This document shows positions 58,001 to 64,000 of a DNA stretch of 64,000 nt, one piece after another (the stretch's first letter is position 1; each line of letters opens with the position of its first letter). Position numbers and translations under genes: made by a program. Origin of the DNA: Candidatus Magasanikiibacteriota bacterium (GTDB lineage: Bacteria; Patescibacteriota; Patescibacteriia; Magasanikbacterales; GWA2-37-8); assembly GCA_963802255.1 (NCBI GenBank), contig CAWDHY010000002.1, positions 83,984 through 147,983 of the forward strand, written 5' to 3'. The notes under the pieces are model-generated. The model had not been told where the DNA came from. It saw nothing but the letters and a program-made list of their open reading frames with translations, and made no database searches.

Positions 58001-61000
58001 ATTACTGCCGTTATAGGTTAACACATTTCCAACGGCTGATGGGGCGCTACTTGAAGCCAGATCAACCGGTGCAATTGAATTATTAATTATTTCACTTGAT
58101 CCAACCGCATTAGCGGATATGGTTAAAGCACCAGTGTTGGATATTGTTGCGTCACTGCTCATAGAAACAGCGGTTGCAACACCCGAGGCATTCCCAACCC
58201 AGATATATGCAGAGGCAAGAGCCGTGCTCATTAAACCGAGTGTTGAGGTGGAAACCCATGTTGGGGCACCGGCGGCATTTGACCTTAAAATCTGGCCGGA
58301 TGTGCCAACAGCGGTCGCCATATAAGATGTACCATTGGAATATGTTACTGAACCGGCTGCACCGATAGTTGAAGAGTTGGTACCGCCGCGTACGATAGGC
58401 AGAATCCCGGATGTAATTTGGCTGGCGGCAATAGCGATAGTATTTGTAGTAATAGAAGTAACGCGACCATAAGTATCAACTGTGATGTTCGGAGTGGTGG
58501 AAACTGAACCGTATGTTGATGCAGTGACGCCGGATGTAGCAAGACCAACAGTTGTAGCTGATGAACCATTATAGGAAAAAGTGGCAATGCCAGTACCTTG
58601 CGAAAGCGTGGCGTGAGTATGTGTAGAAGTGGAAAAAGTTGTTGAAGCAACCCAGGTGAATTGCGAATCTGAATTATACGCAAGCAAAGCCTGGTACGTC
58701 GGAGCGGTATTAGTCGCAGTTTTAAGCGGGGTGACTTTGCCGATGCCGATAGTTGGATTTGGATAGGTACCGGTCAGGTCTCCACCGGCAGCACCGGAGG
58801 CGGTGATGCCAAGAGTGGTGGTGTTGACCCACGACAAACCCGAACCGGTTGTCTGTAATATCTGACCATTACTTCCGGCACTGCCATTCGTTCGTAAAGC
58901 ACCGGTTAAGTTAGTGTCACCGGAAACAGTCAGTGGGTAACCTGGGGTCGTTGTATTAACGCCAACCTTTCCTCCCATAAGCGCAATCGTGTTGACTTGA
59001 GAAATTGTCGGATTATTCGTAGTACTGACATTCACTCCAAAAGAATAATTGCCACTGACAGTAAATGAGTTGCCAATAGCAACAGAGTTATAACCACTGG
59101 AAGTGACTGATTTGCCGATGGCATATGATTCATTGGTAACGACAGAGTTTCTACCAATAGCAACGGCGCCATAACCGCCGTAACCGGAAACAGTATTTTG
59201 ATAACCGATGGCCATGGAACTTTCTGAACCAGAAGCAATAATATTATCACGGCCAAGAACGACTGAATGATCACTATTTATCGTGTTATTATAACCAAAA
59301 ACCGAAGAATAATTACTGCCAACCGTATTATTTCTTCCTGATATTATTGAATACTGTCCGGTTGATGTATTGTATGCTCCGAAAATTGCTGTATATAACG
59401 CGCCGGAATTTACATTGTTATCACCAGCAGTAAACGCGTAATTTCCGCCGGAATTAATATTGTTGGAACCGAATACGGCTGAAAAACTACCACTTGAATC
59501 ATTGTCAGAACCTGCTACAAATGACGCCTGTCCGCTTGATGTGCTGTTATTGCCAATCGCAACGCTGGACAGACCAGTTGCTCTGGCATTATTACCGATA
59601 GCCGTAGCATAACTGTTTGAAGATTGCGCCTGATAACCTATGGCAACTGAATTAAGATTTTCCGCTGACGCAAGATTGCCAATCGCGATTGAATTATTAC
59701 TATAAGAATGAGCACCTGAACCCATGGCAATAGAACTGTAGCCGGATGCTATCGGAGAAGAACCGCCAATAGCTACAGCTAAATCATTTGTCGCCGCTGC
59801 TAAACTTCCCATGGCAATCGAATTCGTTCCTGTGGCCTGACTATTTAACCCCTGGACAAAGGATCCCGGCCCTAACGAAAAAGTATAGTTGTCGCCTACT
59901 GACAACGAACCAAGCGCGTTATCCCAAACAAGGGTATTTGTAGCATCAAAAAATCCGTCTGTATAAAATTGTATTTGTCCGTTTGCTCCGGCCGGTGAAG
60001 AAGTTGTATCTGTATCAGTGTCTACAAAACCAAGAGAAGATGTGGAAGACCAAGATAATATCCCACTTCCATTATTTAGTAAGACAGTATTAACATCGCC
60101 TTGAGTATCTGGCCAAAGATAAGGTATGCTCTTAATTCTTGTAATGTCGCCATCATCATCGACCCGGAATTGTTGTGACTCGCCGACATTTAATAACCCC
60201 GTTCCTGAATACGATGTCGTACCAATATTTAAACCGGGTAATATTGCCGATTTAGTCCATGCGGAAATAAATACTGTCGGTGCCACAGAGTTATTATATA
60301 AAGCTAAAAAGCCTGAGTGGTTACTGCCTATATTATAATGACCTAAAAATGTTGTTGGAGTTCCTCCCCCGGCAATAGATATTCCATCAAACAATCCGGC
60401 GCCAACAGTAGAATCAATAGTAAGTTTTGTTACAGGCGATGTAGTGTTAATTCCTACATTACCACCCATGAGAGCAATAATATTATTACCGGAAATTGTT
60501 GCCGGCGCTGTACTCGTGGCGTTAATGCCAAAAGAATAATTTCCACTAACTGTCATGTCATAACCAAAAGCTACAGAGCCGATTCCACTCACTGTATTAT
60601 TGTATCCGCCACCTATAAACGAGCCCCCGTTCGCACCACTAATATCATTGTAAGTTCCACCTCCAATAAACGAATTGGCCGCAAAGCCGCCGGTTGTATT
60701 AAATTGCCCGCCACCAATAAACGAATAATTCCCGGTTGCCGAATTTGAGTAGCCACCACCGATAAAACTATGATGGCTATCTATATTGTTGCTCTCGCCG
60801 GTGATAAAAGAATTTGAACCGCTATATGTATTGTTATAAATATTATTTGAGCTGCCAAAAACTCCGCTATTTTGTCCCGCGATGGTATTGTTGTAACCAA
60901 AAACATGAGAATAATCTGCCGTGACGGTATTGCTACCGCCCAAAGCGCTGGAATATGTTGAGGTGACATTGTTGAATCCACCGGCAACTAATACTGACTG

Positions 61001-61212
61001 CGCGGAATCAGTTAGATGATTGTTTGAACCAAAAACCGCGTTATATTGAGCGCTGGGGCTTAACAGTGAAGAACCAATGGTATTACCAAGACCTGTGATG
61101 ATTGAATAATATGCAGATGAAGTGTTCACCGCTCCGAACACCGCATTACCGGAACCGGCATCTTTATTTGATTCACCAGCAATAAAAGATGTGTAACCTG
61201 ATGCTAAATTAT

Positions 61213-63051
<1,839 letters not shown>

Positions 63052-63222
63052 AACAAATTCAAAAACCTTGGCTTTTTTGTATCCCTTTTCTCGTTAAAAA
63101 ATATATTACTTGCTCACATATATATTATACTCTCTTTTAGCATAAATTATTAGTAAAAAGTGCGAAGTTATCCACAATTTGAATAATGGGCCCCTACACA
63201 AAAATATTACAATTTTTTATAT

Positions 63223-63259
63223 AAAAAAACCCGCCAGAGGTTGGTGAAACATGGCGGGT
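63223..63259 (-). terminator. Terminator hairpin in the conserved 3' flank of the second DUF1566-like gene
   Basis: ACCCGCCAGAGG...CATGGCGGGT with a T-run on the minus transcript. About 75 nt nearly identical to 49780..49856. Confidence 0.6.
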
Positions 63260-63301
63260 AAACGAATGAATCTAGATTAAGGAGCGGGATTTGAGGCAGG
63301 G

Positions 63302-64000
63302 TTAAAGCATGGTGCGGACGCAGCGGATCGACGCCGATGCGACAGCATCGGCCTCATCTGTCCATACCGGGTAACCACCGTTGAAGGTGACAAGCCAAAT
63401 GTAGCCTGTGGTCGTTGACGAAGACCAGTTGCCTCCGGTGCATGTGCCGCTCAGAACCGGATTGAAGTAGCAGCCACCTGGTCCGGGGCCGTCAAATAGC
63501 GTGCAATGCGTACAAGCGCTGTCGCAAGTTGTTTCCAGACAAGCGTCACTCACTTCGCAGGCGCCATCCGGCACTTCGTTATCCGGACAACCACTGATGA
63601 TGGTCCGGTATTCCCAGACACTCGGCAAACGCCAATCGTCATAGCCGCCGAAATCGAGGTCTTCACAGAATGTCTGCGCATCTTCCCAGTTGTATGAACT
63701 GGCTGGCGGCTGAACCTGCCAGGCCAATCCATTCGCGTAGTCGAAGAACATGCCGGCACCGACACTGTTGTCGTAAGGCGACTCGTCCTCGCATGGGGCG
63801 GTGGGAACAGTACAGTCGGCAGTGTTGAGTACTCCGTCGCCGTTGTCGTCGTTTGGCACGCCATCGCCGTCAATGTCGTCATCGTAGGCGTTGACGAACC
63901 CGTCACCATCGTTGTCCGCCGCCTGATTGGCATCGGGCAGATCGGGGGCGTATCCCATCTTGGATTCAAGATAATCCTGGAGGTTGGACACACAGTCTTC
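63302..64000 (-). CDS. High-GC DUF1566-like / Tsp3-repeat lipoprotein paralog. Partial: the N-terminus lies beyond the window
   Basis: DNDGDGFVNAYDDDIDGDGVPNDDNGDG repeats. YDDWRLPSVWEYRTII and a terminal ...ASIRCVRTML, paralogous to 49896..51329. GC about 58%. Confidence 0.6.
   Translation of the reverse strand, partial: EDCVSNLQDYLESKMGYAPDLPDANQAADNDGDGFVNAYDDDIDGDGVPNDDNGDGVLNTADCTVPTAPCEDESPYDNSVGAGMFFDYANGLAWQVQPPASSYNWEDAQTFCEDLDFGGYDDWRLPSVWEYRTIISGCPDNEVPDGACEVSDACLETTCDSACTHCTLFDGPGPGGCYFNPVLSGTCTGGNWSSSTTTGYIWLVTFNGGYPVWTDEADAVASASIRCVRTML

Overview
This is a low-GC (about 40%), gene-dense bacterial window in standard genetic code (TGA is a stop, for example at the end of rel). 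The gene content and reduced protein architectures look like Patescibacteria/CPR; that lineage call is inference only. Most genes are on the minus strand.

Core genes: scpB-scpA, aspS-gap, an RlmI-like methyltransferase, tsf-rpsB, a PP2C phosphatase, rpmE, rel, prfA-(GT39)-prmC, rplY, uvrC, uvrA, uvrB, groES-groEL with an upstream CIRCE operator, an O-antigen-ligase-like protein, yidC, nusA, an L,D-transpeptidase, a split comEC and leuS.

Accessory or unusual content:
1. A family of short palindromic MITE-like repeats with TGTCATYC...GRATGACA ends. One copy brackets a small GIY-YIG nuclease gene; other copies sit in-frame inside uvrB and leuS.
2. A divergent gene with RelA/SpoT-synthetase-like motifs and locally elevated GC, immediately upstream of the canonical rel.
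3. Two high-GC (about 58%) paralogous lipoprotein genes with DUF1566-like C-termini and nearly identical 3' flanks. They bracket a giant (over 3800 aa if fused) tail-fibre-like surface protein gene.
4. A minus-strand operon of a FecR-domain protein, a CHASE2 class III cyclase, small ORFs, a 1503-aa orphan and a beta-propeller protein.
5. A small islet encoding an extremely acidic 72-aa protein and an orphan, each with its own promoter and terminator.

No rRNA, tRNA or CRISPR array was recognised.
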